Below, one piece after another: positions 44,931 to 54,413 of a stretch of 64,000 nt of DNA. The position numbers and the translations under genes were made by a program. The DNA is from an uncultured Gemmatimonadaceae bacterium. GTDB taxonomy: Bacteria > Gemmatimonadota > Gemmatimonadetes > Gemmatimonadales > GWC2-71-9. How positions within the stretch are numbered: position 1 is the stretch's first letter; the number at the start of each line of letters is the position of its first letter. The stretch spans positions 11,729 through 75,728 of the forward strand of contig CAZPER010000001.1 of assembly GCA_964585655.1 (NCBI GenBank), given 5' to 3'. The notes under the pieces are model-generated. The model made no database searches. It had not been told where the DNA came from and saw only the letters and a program-made list of their open reading frames with translations.

Positions 44931-45995
44931 TTACTTGCCGTGTTTCTGCAGGATGTCCGCCAGCACCACCCGATCGATCTTGCCATCCATCCGCACCCGT
45001 ACGTCGTAATTCTCCCAGTACATGAAGTCCCGGAGCGCCGCGAGAAACACCGGGGTGGCGCTTCCCTGGGACTTCGGGAGCCACTTCTCCGCCTGCCCCG
45101 CCGGCTCCCGGAGGAGGATCGGCTCCAGCTGCCGGATGATCTCGGGGGACAGCGCCACCAGGTCCGCCGGCTCGCTGGGGAAGAAATGCACCCGGTGGAG
45201 CGCCAGCAGCCGCTCCAGCTCGGCGATCGGTTCGGCCGCATCGTACACGCGGAGGTCCACGAAGCGGTCGTTGGCGCCGAGATAGCCTCCGTGCGTCCGC
45301 ACCACCAGCAGCGCGGCGGACTGCATCCCCCGCTTGTCGCCGCCCCCCGCCTGGCCGGCGCGCAGGGCCGCCATGAGGCGGTCGGCGAGCCCACCCCGGC
45401 TGGATTGAAAGGTGCGCGCCATGTTCAGGACCGTCCGGTCCGAGACCATGATGTTGGCCTGCACCGCGAAGCCGTGGCCCACGATCACGGCACCCTTCCC
45501 ACCCACGATTTCGCACATCCCCGGCTGCGCGGTCTCGACGGTGCCGGCCCGGGGCGCCCCGCCGCACCCCACCCGTCCCCCGGCCCAGTCAAAGGTGCGC
45601 TCCCCCGTGAAGCTGGCGGCACCGCCCCGCGCATCCACCATGCCGACCTGCCGGTCGCCCAGCATGGTGTCGGTGCGCATCACGATCCGGAGCGCCTCCT
45701 CGGCGGAGGCGCCCATTGCCATGAGCTCGAGCCCCCGCTCGCCGTACGCCGTGTTGGCCAGGCTCTGGGTGGCCACCGCGCCGACGCCCGCCACCGCCCA
45801 GGGCACGATGCCACCCACATTGGGAAACTTGGACTGTACCGCCACGCCGAGATCTCCCGTGACCGAATCCCAGGCGACGATGCTGTAGGTATGGGCGAGC
45901 TTCTGGAAATGGGCGGGCGGGACGAGCGGCTGCTGGGCGACGACGGGAACGGACAGGACCAGGGGGAACAGGAGCCGCGCGGCCGTCGAGCGCAT
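44931..45995 (-). CDS. DUF1028-family (Ntn-hydrolase-like) secreted protein
   Basis: A signal peptide is followed by HTYSIVAWDSVTGDLGVAVQSKF, the DUF1028 signature. An extra C-terminal domain is present. Confidence 0.75.
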   Translation of the reverse strand: MRSTAARLLFPLVLSVPVVAQQPLVPPAHFQKLAHTYSIVAWDSVTGDLGVAVQSKFPNVGGIVPWAVAGVGAVATQSLANTAYGERGLELMAMGASAEEALRIVMRTDTMLGDRQVGMVDARGGAASFTGERTFDWAGGRVGCGGAPRAGTVETAQPGMCEIVGGKGAVIVGHGFAVQANIMVSDRTVLNMARTFQSSRGGLADRLMAALRAGQAGGGDKRGMQSAALLVVRTHGGYLGANDRFVDLRVYDAAEPIAELERLLALHRVHFFPSEPADLVALSPEIIRQLEPILLREPAGQAEKWLPKSQGSATPVFLAALRDFMYWENYDVRVRMDGKIDRVVLADILQKHGK

Positions 45996-45996
45996 C

Positions 45997-46563
45997 TTAG
46001 TCCTTTTTCATCTTCTTCTTGAGGTGTTCCAGCTGGGCGTCCACCACCTGATCCATCTGCCGCTGCTGCATCTGGCTCTTGAGGATCTCGCCTTCGAGGT
46101 CGGTTTCCGGACGCACGCCGCCGGCGGCTTCGATATCCCGCCAGGCCCCCTCCTGCGCCGCGGTGCGCCCCGGGTCTGTGCCCTGGCGCGCGCCCCGGTA
46201 CTCGGTGCCAAGCTGCTCCAGGTCGCGCTCGGCGAGCTGCAGCTCCTCCCGCTGGGCGGTCATCTTTTTCTCGAGCACCGCGATCCGCTCCCGGTGCCGG
46301 GTCACGAACTGTTCGGCGATCGTCACCGTTTCCGGGTCCGGGACCTGGGCCGCGAGCCGGCCACGGCGTTCCGCGTCCTCCAGCTGCCGCTGTTCGAGTG
46401 CGAGCGCGCGCTCGGTCTTCTCCAGCGCCTCGCGCATCACGCCGACCGCCACCCGGGTTTCGAGCAGGGCCGCGTGCAGCGCGGCGGTCCGGGCGCGCGG
46501 GTCGCCCGGAGGAGTATGGTCGGCGAGGAGCTTCTCGAGCCGGGCCTTGAGCCCTTCGAACAC
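45997..46563 (-). CDS. coiled-coil protein of unknown function
   Basis: Glu/Arg/Leu/Gln heptad-like sequence with a lysine-rich C-terminus. The stop lies 1 nt before the DUF1028 start. Confidence 0.5.
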   Translation of the reverse strand: MFEGLKARLEKLLADHTPPGDPRARTAALHAALLETRVAVGVMREALEKTERALALEQRQLEDAERRGRLAAQVPDPETVTIAEQFVTRHRERIAVLEKKMTAQREELQLAERDLEQLGTEYRGARQGTDPGRTAAQEGAWRDIEAAGGVRPETDLEGEILKSQMQQRQMDQVVDAQLEHLKKKMKKD

Positions 46564-46651
46564 GGGGGGATCATCCAGAGCGCGGGAGTGGCCGAATGGT
46601 ACGGGCCGCCCCGGGGGGCGTCAAGGAACCGGGAGCGTTACTTTTCGGGCC

Positions 46652-47134
46652 ATGCGCCACTACCTCCTCCTTGGCCTGCTCCTCCCCCTCGCCGGTTGCG
46701 GCGCCCCCCGCTCGGGCGGCGCCTGCGGCCTGACCGCGATCGCGGGCGCCACGATGCTGCTGGAGGAATTCGGCACCCCCGGCCAGACCCTCTCCGCGCC
46801 ACCCGCCACCCTCCCCCCGCGGCTCGTGGCCCGGGTGGCGGCGGGGCCCGCCTTCGGGGCGGTGGTCGGACGCACCGAGGACAGCGGCTGGGTCATCGGG
46901 GTGGAGGGGAGCATCCCGGCACCCATCCGGCCTGCCTTCGGGGTGCTGATCCTGGATCGCGCCGGCACCGCCCGCGGCGTGATGATCTACGAATCCGTGC
47001 CCATCCGGGGCGCCCCCGAGATCGGCCGGCTGAGCGTCGACACCCTGATGCTCCCGTTGCTCGGGATTCAGCTGGACCCCGCCCGGTACGAGGATCCCAA
47101 CTGCCCCTTCTTTCCCGATTCCCTGCTGCCATGA
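46652..47134 (+). CDS. lipoprotein of unknown function
   Basis: Lipobox LLLPLAGC. 160 aa. Its stop overlaps the next start (ATGA). Confidence 0.55.
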   Translation: MRHYLLLGLLLPLAGCGAPRSGGACGLTAIAGATMLLEEFGTPGQTLSAPPATLPPRLVARVAAGPAFGAVVGRTEDSGWVIGVEGSIPAPIRPAFGVLILDRAGTARGVMIYESVPIRGAPEIGRLSVDTLMLPLLGIQLDPARYEDPNCPFFPDSLLP

Positions 47135-47919
47135 ACGCGCCACGCGTCGGGATCACCGGCAACGTGCGCACATTCTCCGGGGCGGACCGGACCGGCGTCA
47201 ACGCCGCCTATGTCCGCGCCGTGCTCCGCGCCGGTGGGATCCCCCTGATTCTTTCCCCGCTCATCGACCCGGCCCATACCGCCAGGCTGCTCGAGGCGAT
47301 CGATGGCCTGGTCCTGAGTGGCGGGGAGGATGTGGACCCCGCGCACTACGGCCATGCGCCGCATCCGGGGCTCGGCAGCGTGGACCCCTCGCGCGATGCG
47401 AGCGAACTGGCCCTCTTCCGCGAGGCCCGGGCCCGTGGGTTGCCGGTGCTGGCCATCTGTCGCGGGATCCAGCTGGTCAACGTGGCGCTAGGGGGGACCC
47501 TCTGGCAGGACATCCCGAGCGAGCGCCCCGGAGCGATCCCGCACGCCCAGGGCGCGGACCGGGATCAGCGCACCCATCCGGTGGAGCTGACCCCGGGGTC
47601 CCGGCTGGCGCTCGCGCTCGGCACCACGCGCTGCGACGTGAACAGCTTCCATCATCAGTCGATCCGGGATCTGGCCCCGGGCCTGCTGGTGACCGGCGTG
47701 GCGCCGGACGGAGAGATCGAAGGGGTGGAGTCTGCCCCGGAGGATGCCTGGCTGCTGGCGGTGCAATGGCATCCGGAGGAGTTTCACCATCACGGTGCCG
47801 CCCCCGACCATGGACTCTTCGAGGCCCTCCTCGAGGAGCTTCGCGGCCGGGCGGCGGGGACGGGCCCGGCTACTGCGAATAGCCGGACGGAAAGAGGACC
47901 CGCTCGCTCAGTTCGTTGA
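47131..47919 (+). CDS. class-I glutamine amidotransferase / gamma-glutamyl hydrolase (peptidase C26, PuuD-like)
   Basis: GGEDVDP, nucleophile elbow ICRGIQLVNVALGG, and HHQS followed by VQWHPE. Confidence 0.8.
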   Translation: MNAPRVGITGNVRTFSGADRTGVNAAYVRAVLRAGGIPLILSPLIDPAHTARLLEAIDGLVLSGGEDVDPAHYGHAPHPGLGSVDPSRDASELALFREARARGLPVLAICRGIQLVNVALGGTLWQDIPSERPGAIPHAQGADRDQRTHPVELTPGSRLALALGTTRCDVNSFHHQSIRDLAPGLLVTGVAPDGEIEGVESAPEDAWLLAVQWHPEEFHHHGAAPDHGLFEALLEELRGRAAGTGPATANSRTERGPARSVR

Positions 47920-48550
47920 GCGCGAGACGGAGCGCCGGGTAGCGCTCGGCCGCCGTTTCCAGGACGCCGTCGAGGCAGTACCGGTCGGCGGCCTCGTGAT
48001 CCGACGCCATCGCGAACCCCCGGCGGCCCAGCGCGTCGTAGTAGCCGAGGTCGGGCCCGGCGCGGCGCAGCCGGCGCGCTTCGATGTACTGCGGGAACAG
48101 CCCGGCCAGCCAGAGGGCGTAGTTGCCGAGATGCAGCATCACCCGGAACCGGCGATCGCCCTGGGTGGATTCCAGGTCCGCGAGGATGTCCACCAGGTAG
48201 CGATGGCAGTGATCGTCGTTCCAGTCTACCCGGACCGCGCGGTCCCGCTGACCGAACTCGAGCAGGAGCGCCGCGAGGTAGTCCGCGACCTCCCGCTGCT
48301 CTACCCCGGAGCGCACCAGCGCCTGCCGGACCATCACGTACAGGAACAGCACCTCGCTGGGCGCGAGCAGGGTGCGGACCGCGAGCAACCGCTCGGCCAG
48401 CTCCTCCTGGTCCAGCAGCGCGTCGGGCCCTTCGGTCTCCAGCCGTCGCTCCAGCATCCCCCTCCGCGTCGCCGAACCCTGGCTGAGCAGCAGGACGACG
48501 AGGTCGAGATCACGGGCGGTCAGTCTGCCGCGCACGTTCGCGAGAATCAT
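47870..48550 (-). CDS. hypothetical protein
   Basis: Only the last 226 aa of track ORF 47870..49534 have protein-like composition (MILANVRGRLTARDLDLVVLLL...). No family recognised. Confidence 0.45.
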   Translation of the reverse strand: MILANVRGRLTARDLDLVVLLLSQGSATRRGMLERRLETEGPDALLDQEELAERLLAVRTLLAPSEVLFLYVMVRQALVRSGVEQREVADYLAALLLEFGQRDRAVRVDWNDDHCHRYLVDILADLESTQGDRRFRVMLHLGNYALWLAGLFPQYIEARRLRRAGPDLGYYDALGRRGFAMASDHEAADRYCLDGVLETAAERYPALRLALNELSERVLFPSGYSQ

Positions 48551-50438
48551 GAACGCTCCCCCTGGTGGTGAAGTCCCGCCTTCCCCGGCCACGGCCCCGC
48601 CGGATGCCCTCGGCCGGGCCCTGGCGTTCGCCCGCGCCATCACGGGCACCCTCCGTCCTCCGTCGGTCATCGATCGCTTGCTGCAGGAATTGAAAGCAAC
48701 CTTCGCGCCGCGCGCCATCCTGGCGGTGACGGTGGACGAGCAGGGACTGGTCGAGAGTGCTAATGCCGTCCCCCATCCCGTGCTCGACACCCTGCTCCGG
48801 GAGGTCCTGCAGACGGGGACGCCCGGCTCCCGGGTCCTGGACACGCAGGTCGCGCTCATGGAACCGCTCGCCGGACGGCGACGCCTTATCGGCGCCATCG
48901 GGCTGCTGCTGGATCGCGATCCGGGCGAGGAAGGACGGCGGACCCTGACGGCGCTCGCCGCCATCACGTCGGTGGCACTGGAGGGCGCCCGGCTGGTGGA
49001 GAGCGCCGACCAGCGGCACCAGACCTGGGAGGAGGCGACCGACACCATCAGCCTCGCCCTCTGCGTCGTGGACCGGTTCGGCCAGGTGGAGCGCGCCAAC
49101 CGCGCCTTCTCCGAACTCGTGGCCGCGCCGCCCACCGGTGTCATCGGCCGCAGCTGGAGCGAACTGGTCCCGGCCCCCTGGCAGCCGACGCTGGCGGAGG
49201 CGCTGGCCAACCCCGGACCCGCGGAGCGGCTGATGCACCTCGGCCCCCGCACCATCGCCGCGACGACCTTTCGCGCCACGGCCAGCGGCCGCGCCGTGCT
49301 GCTGCTCGAGGACCAGACCGAGCGCCGCCTGCTGCAGGACCGGCTGCTGCAGGCCGAGAAGCTCTCGGCCATCGGCCAGCTCATCGCCGGGGTGGCCCAC
49401 GACCTCAACAACCCGCTCACCTCGGTGGTGGGATTCGCGGACTTCCTCGCCGAATCCGCGGACGCTCCGCCGCGCATCCGCGAGCCGCTCCGGGTGATCC
49501 AGCAGGAGGCGGAGCGCGCATCCAAGATCGTCAAGAACCTGCTGAGCTTCGCGCGGCGGCAGGAAACCCGGCAGCTGGCGTCGCTGCAGCCGGTGCTGGA
49601 GGCGACGATCGGGCTGTTCCGGAATCACCTCGACGCCGACCGGGTGACGCTCGAACTGGAAATCGGCCCGGACCTGCCGGACCTCGACCTCAATCCCAAC
49701 CAGATCCAGCAGGTCTTCGTCAACCTGATCCAGAACGCGGCCCACGCGATTGCCGTGGCGGGCCGGCCAGGCACCATCCGGGTCACCGCGCGCCGCTGGA
49801 TGGAAGGCGCGGCGGTGGAGATCCGGGATGACGGCTGCGGCATGGATGCGGAGACCCTGGGGCGGATCTTCGAGCCGTTCTTCACCACCAAGCCCCCCGG
49901 TCAGGGGACGGGCTTGGGACTCTCGATCAGCCAGGGGATCGTGAAGGAGCATGGGGGCCGGATCACCACCACCTCCACGGCGGGGACCGGGTCCTGCTTC
50001 ACCGTCGAGCTGCCGGGCCCGGTTGGCGCCGCGCGGGAGCCGGCCGCCGCCCCGGTGGGATCGAGCAACCGGCCGCTCCGGGTGCTGGTGGTGGATGACG
50101 AGCAGCACATCCTGCACTACATGCGTGCCACGCTCGAAGCCTGGGGCCACGAGGTCGCCACCGTGAGCGACGGCGACGCCGCCCTGGAGCGGGCCACCAC
50201 CGAGCGCTTCGACCTGATCCTCTCCGACCTGCGCATGCCCCGGGCCGGCGGACGGGAGTTCTACGAGGCCCTGACCCGGCGCGCCCCTGACGTGGCCCGC
50301 CGGGTGGCCTTCAGTACCGGCGACACCGTCCGGGGAGACACGCTCCGGTTCCTCGAGGCGCAGGGCCGCCCGATTCTCCAGAAGCCCTTCAGCCTGGCCG
50401 AACTCCGCGCCCTGCTCCGCGAGGCGGCGCAGGGATGA
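48549..50438 (+). CDS. hybrid sensor histidine kinase (GAF/PAS-HisKA-HATPase-REC), cytoplasmic
   Basis: H-box IAGVAHDLNNPLTSV, N-box NLIQNAAHA, and DDGCGM, GTGLGLS. C-terminal receiver has VLVVDDE and DLILSDLRMP. Confidence 0.85.
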   Translation: MNAPPGGEVPPSPATAPPDALGRALAFARAITGTLRPPSVIDRLLQELKATFAPRAILAVTVDEQGLVESANAVPHPVLDTLLREVLQTGTPGSRVLDTQVALMEPLAGRRRLIGAIGLLLDRDPGEEGRRTLTALAAITSVALEGARLVESADQRHQTWEEATDTISLALCVVDRFGQVERANRAFSELVAAPPTGVIGRSWSELVPAPWQPTLAEALANPGPAERLMHLGPRTIAATTFRATASGRAVLLLEDQTERRLLQDRLLQAEKLSAIGQLIAGVAHDLNNPLTSVVGFADFLAESADAPPRIREPLRVIQQEAERASKIVKNLLSFARRQETRQLASLQPVLEATIGLFRNHLDADRVTLELEIGPDLPDLDLNPNQIQQVFVNLIQNAAHAIAVAGRPGTIRVTARRWMEGAAVEIRDDGCGMDAETLGRIFEPFFTTKPPGQGTGLGLSISQGIVKEHGGRITTTSTAGTGSCFTVELPGPVGAAREPAAAPVGSSNRPLRVLVVDDEQHILHYMRATLEAWGHEVATVSDGDAALERATTERFDLILSDLRMPRAGGREFYEALTRRAPDVARRVAFSTGDTVRGDTLRFLEAQGRPILQKPFSLAELRALLREAAQG

Positions 50439-51505
50439 GCGAGGTTGCGGTCCTGCACCTCGCCCGCGGCCGGGAATGGCGCGGCGGGGAGCGTCAGGTG
50501 TGCCTGCTCGCCACCGCCCAGCGCGCGTGCGGTGCGGTGCGCCCGATGCTCCTGACCCGCGCGGGCTCCTCCCTGGCCCGCGCCGCCTCCGCCCGCGCCG
50601 TCACCTGCGTCGAGGCGCCGTGGACACTCCCGCTCGACCCCCGCGCGCTGCTCTGCGCGGCACGAGCCGTGGCGCGGCTCCGGCGGGAAGCCGCCGCGCC
50701 CCTGCTCCTTCACGCCCACGACAGTCACGCGCTCCAGCTGGGCCTCGTCCTCGCCTGGTGGACCGGCGCTCCGCTCGTCGCCACCAGGAGGAGCGATACC
50801 ATGCCGGGCCGGCTCTGGCGCCTGCCGCGCAGGGTGATCGGTCTCTCCCGATCCGTCACCGAACGCCTTGCGGCCTCGGGGGTGGCGCTCGACCGGATCG
50901 TCCAGGTGCCTTCGGCGGTGGACTGTGCCACGCTGGTGGCGCTCCGTCGCGCGCCGGCCGACGACCCGCGGCCGCTCCTGGTCGCCGCCGGTGCCCTGAC
51001 ACAGGAGAAAGGGCACCGGACCCTGATCGATGCGTTTGCGACGATCGCATCACGCCTGCCCGGCGTGCACCTGGTGATCGCGGGCGCGGGACCCGAGCGG
51101 GCCGCCCTGGAGTCCCGCATCGCCGCGCATGGGCTCGCTGGCCGCATCGAACTCCCCGGGGAGGTAGAGGAAGTCGCGTCGCGCATCGCCGGCGCCACGA
51201 TCCTGGTCCAACCTTCGCTCCGCGAGGCGCTTGGAACGGCGGTCCTCGAGGCAATGGCAGTTGGGGTGCCGGTGATTGCGTCCGCCACCGGCGGGCTGGC
51301 GGAGCTCCTCGCCGATGATCACGGCGTCCTGGTGCCACCCGGAGACGCACCCGCGCTGGCGGCGGCACTGGAGTCCCTGCTGGGTGACCCGGCGCGACGC
51401 GCGTGGCTCGCGGGACGGGGGCTCGAGCGGGTGCGGGGGTTCGACGTCGCGAGAGTGGCCGCCGCGGTGGCGGGGGTGTATCGTTCCGCCCTGACCGAGC
51501 CCTGA
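50435..51505 (+). CDS. glycosyltransferase family 4 (GT-B)
   Basis: ATGA overlap with the kinase stop. PSLREALGTAVLEAMAVGVPVIASATGGLAELL is the GT4 E-x7-E region. Confidence 0.85.
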   Translation: MSEVAVLHLARGREWRGGERQVCLLATAQRACGAVRPMLLTRAGSSLARAASARAVTCVEAPWTLPLDPRALLCAARAVARLRREAAAPLLLHAHDSHALQLGLVLAWWTGAPLVATRRSDTMPGRLWRLPRRVIGLSRSVTERLAASGVALDRIVQVPSAVDCATLVALRRAPADDPRPLLVAAGALTQEKGHRTLIDAFATIASRLPGVHLVIAGAGPERAALESRIAAHGLAGRIELPGEVEEVASRIAGATILVQPSLREALGTAVLEAMAVGVPVIASATGGLAELLADDHGVLVPPGDAPALAAALESLLGDPARRAWLAGRGLERVRGFDVARVAAAVAGVYRSALTEP

Positions 51506-51510
51506 GGCCC

Positions 51511-52311
51511 ATGCTCTACCTCTGCATCCCCAGCCACAACGAAGCCCAGACCGTGGGCCTGCTGTTGTGGAAGATCCGGAAGACCCTCCAGGCCAGCACC
51601 CGCGAGTACGAGATCCTGGTCGCGGATGATGGCTCGACCGATGCGACCGCCGAGATCCTCGAGCCCTACACCAAGGCGCTGCCGCTGACCGTGGTCCGCC
51701 ACGGCGAGCGGCACGGCTATGCCCGGTCGCTGGAAGAACTGCTGCGGCTGGCCGTGGAGCGGACCGACCGCCCCAAGCGGGACGCGGCGATCATCATGCA
51801 CGCCGACTTTGCCCACGGCCCGGAATACCTCCCCGAGATTGCCCGGCGGCTCGAGGGGGGAGCTGACGTCGTGGTGACGCAGGCCACACTCCAGGGCGAG
51901 CCCCGCCGCGCGGCACGGCTCCTGCGAAGGTACGCCAAATGGCTGCTTCGCGGGGTCAAAGTGTCCGGCGTACGAGACATTGTGTCCGGATATCTGGCAA
52001 TCAGGCTGGTCAGTCTGCGCAACGCGATCCGCGCGCAGGAGGGCCCGCTGCTCACCGCGGAGGGCTGGGCCGCCAACGCCGAGTTGCTGGGACGGGTGGC
52101 CCAGCAGGCGCGGCGGGTGGAGACCATGGACGTGGTCGAACGACTCGACCTCCGCTCCCGCGACAGCCGGGTGGACCCGGGGCCGGTGGCGAGGGGGTTG
52201 GGGCGGGTGGGGGGGCGGCTGCGGATCTCGGGACGGCCACGGGTGGAGAACCGGCGCGGAGGTCCTGCGCCCCCCGCCGATGAACCGGAGCTGGAGGAAG
52301 CAACCAAATGA
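51511..52311 (+). CDS. glycosyltransferase family 2 (Dpm1/polyprenyl-phosphate GT-like)
   Basis: MLYLCIPSHNEAQTV, VADDGSTDAT and DAAIIMHADF (DxD-like). Confidence 0.8.
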   Translation: MLYLCIPSHNEAQTVGLLLWKIRKTLQASTREYEILVADDGSTDATAEILEPYTKALPLTVVRHGERHGYARSLEELLRLAVERTDRPKRDAAIIMHADFAHGPEYLPEIARRLEGGADVVVTQATLQGEPRRAARLLRRYAKWLLRGVKVSGVRDIVSGYLAIRLVSLRNAIRAQEGPLLTAEGWAANAELLGRVAQQARRVETMDVVERLDLRSRDSRVDPGPVARGLGRVGGRLRISGRPRVENRRGGPAPPADEPELEEATK

Positions 52312-53075
52312 AGATCCTGATCGCGGGCATCGCGGCCGCCCTGTCCGTTGCCGCGCGCCCCGCTCCCATACCCGCCCCGGCCCCCGGGCCGGCCCCCGCG
52401 GCCACCTATCCCTTCGGCGTCGGGGAGCGGTTCCAGTACTCCGCCAAGCTGGGGTTCCTCAGGCTGGGGACGGCCTGGATGTCGGTGAACGGCATTGACA
52501 GCGTGCGCGGCCACGAGTCGTTCGTCTTCGAGTTCGGGCTGGAGGCCTCCGCACCGTTCTACAAGGCGAAGAACGTCCTGCGCTCCTGGACCGGCACCGA
52601 GGACCTGATCTCCCGCCGCTTCCGGCAGGACCTTGTCGAGAACGGGAAGCCACGCCCCCGGTACTACGAGATCTTCCCCGACTCCCAGACCTTCGACCAG
52701 GAACAGCGGCCGGGGGCCAAGCCCTCCGTGGCCCAGCCCCTGGACGACGCCGCGTTCTTCTATTTCCTGCGGACGCTCTCGCTGGAGGTGGGCAAGAGCT
52801 ACCAGTACGATCGCTACTTCCGGAAGGAGCTCAATCCGGTCACCATCAAGGTGGTGAAGCGGGAAAAGATGGAACTGCCGGACGGCAGCAAGGTGCAGTG
52901 CCTCATCCTCAACCCGGTGGTCGGGGACGATGGTGTGTTCGCGCCCCGCGCCGAGGCCCAGCTCTGGATTACCGACGATGCCCGGCGCATCCCGGTGCAG
53001 ATCCGCTCCAAGCTTCCTTTCGGCACGGTGACTCTCCGACTGGAAGAGGTCACGCCCGCCCCGGCAGCTCCGTGA
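52308..53075 (+). CDS. DUF3108-like secreted beta-barrel protein
   Basis: ATGA overlap and a signal peptide. F.VGERF.Y....GFL.LG ends with G.V.L.L, as in DUF3108. Confidence 0.65.
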   Translation: MKILIAGIAAALSVAARPAPIPAPAPGPAPAATYPFGVGERFQYSAKLGFLRLGTAWMSVNGIDSVRGHESFVFEFGLEASAPFYKAKNVLRSWTGTEDLISRRFRQDLVENGKPRPRYYEIFPDSQTFDQEQRPGAKPSVAQPLDDAAFFYFLRTLSLEVGKSYQYDRYFRKELNPVTIKVVKREKMELPDGSKVQCLILNPVVGDDGVFAPRAEAQLWITDDARRIPVQIRSKLPFGTVTLRLEEVTPAPAAP

Positions 53076-54034
53076 CCGATTACCGCGAGCCTGACCTCTC
53101 GCGCCTCAAGACCGTCCCGATCGGCGCCCGGCCCAGCAAGGTGGACCGGGCGCTGCTCGCGACGCCCCCCGGCGACGATCGCTCCTTCGCCGCCTTCCTC
53201 GCCAGCCTGCCCCATGTGCTCGCCGCCGACCAGTTCCGCCGCGTGGCCGCCGCCGTCGCGGCGGCGGCCAGGGGCCGCCGGGGAGTGGTCCTGCTGCTGG
53301 GGGGTCACGTCATCAAAGTGGGGCTCGGCCCGCTGGTTGCGGAGTGGGCGCGGCTCGGTATCGTGACCCACGTCGCCCTGAACGGCGCCGCCGCCATCCA
53401 CGACTACGAACTCGCCGCCTTCGGCGGCACCAGTGAAGAGGTGGAACAGGGATTGGCTGACGGCACCTTCGGCATGGCCGCCGAGACCGGCGCGGAGATG
53501 AATGCCGCGATTCTGGCCGCCCACCGGGCCGATCGGGGCCTGGGGGAAGGGTTGGCTGCCGCCCTGGCGGCGCGGCGATCCTTGCCGGGCGAGTCGGGGT
53601 CCATCCTCCTCGCCTGTCACCGGCACGGCGTGCCGGTGACGGTGCATGCCGCGATCGGGGCCGAGATCACGCACCAGCATCCGTCGGCCGACGGTGCCGC
53701 CATCGGCGCCACCAGCCACCGCGACTTCCGCCGGCTTGCCGGGTCACTGCCCGCGCTGCACGATGGGGGGGTGGTCCTCAACCTGGGGAGCGCGGTGGTG
53801 TTGCCCGAGGTGTTCCTCAAGGCGCTGACCATTGCGCGGAACCTCGGGGAGGGCCGGCCCACCGGCTTCCTCGCCGCCGATTTCGACATGATCCGGCACT
53901 ACCGGCCGCGGATGAACGTGGTGGAGCGACCGACCAGGGAGGGTGGCACCGGCATCCTGCTCACCGGACACCACGAACTGATGATCCCGCTGCTGGCGTG
54001 GGCCGTCCGGGAGGCGCTGGAGGCAGTCCCCTGA
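53072..54034 (+). CDS. hypothetical protein (Rossmann-like, faint deoxyhypusine-synthase-like layout)
   Basis: GTGA overlap with the upstream stop. VVLLLGGHVIKVGLGPLV, THVALNGAAAIHD and NLGSAVVLPEVF are present. The family assignment is only a weak impression. Confidence 0.5.
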   Translation: MTDYREPDLSRLKTVPIGARPSKVDRALLATPPGDDRSFAAFLASLPHVLAADQFRRVAAAVAAAARGRRGVVLLLGGHVIKVGLGPLVAEWARLGIVTHVALNGAAAIHDYELAAFGGTSEEVEQGLADGTFGMAAETGAEMNAAILAAHRADRGLGEGLAAALAARRSLPGESGSILLACHRHGVPVTVHAAIGAEITHQHPSADGAAIGATSHRDFRRLAGSLPALHDGGVVLNLGSAVVLPEVFLKALTIARNLGEGRPTGFLAADFDMIRHYRPRMNVVERPTREGGTGILLTGHHELMIPLLAWAVREALEAVP

Positions 54035-54116
54035 CCGGAGGGGAGCACCCGCACACACGGGCGGGCGGGGATCGCGTGGACCCGCCGCCCGCCGCTGTGC
54101 CAGGACTCCGGATGCC

Positions 54117-54338
54117 TCAGAAGCTCGAGGAGGGCTTCCCGGAGATGGTGTCTTTCACCTTGTCCGCGGTGCCTGGGGCCACCACCCGCAGGACCAGGTA
54201 GACCAGGAACCCGAGGAAAGCGAGCCAGAGCAGCTTGCCGAAGATTCCAATGACGATGCCAAAAAGGCCGAAGACGAGGTGCAGGGCGAACCAGGCCACC
54301 ACGGCCAGGACGGCGAACCCGATCAGGTTCCGGAACAT
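54117..54338 (-). CDS. small (73 aa) two-TM membrane protein
   Basis: Strong GGAGGA Shine-Dalgarno 7 nt upstream of the ATG. Two clear hydrophobic helices. Confidence 0.6.
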   Translation of the reverse strand: MFRNLIGFAVLAVVAWFALHLVFGLFGIVIGIFGKLLWLAFLGFLVYLVLRVVAPGTADKVKDTISGKPSSSF

Positions 54339-54413
54339 GCTATTTTCCTCCAGCGGAAGTCGGACACGGCGGCCCTTACGGGTGACGTTTCAGAAAGTTT
54401 CGCCCACGGAATC

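Noticed and set aside
47870-47919. 50-nt convergent 3' overlap between the C26 hydrolase gene and the minus-strand hypothetical gene
   Set aside because: It is most simply explained by stop-codon scarcity extending a low-complexity C-terminal tail (…GTGPATANSRTERGPARSVR). This is not evidence of antisense regulation.
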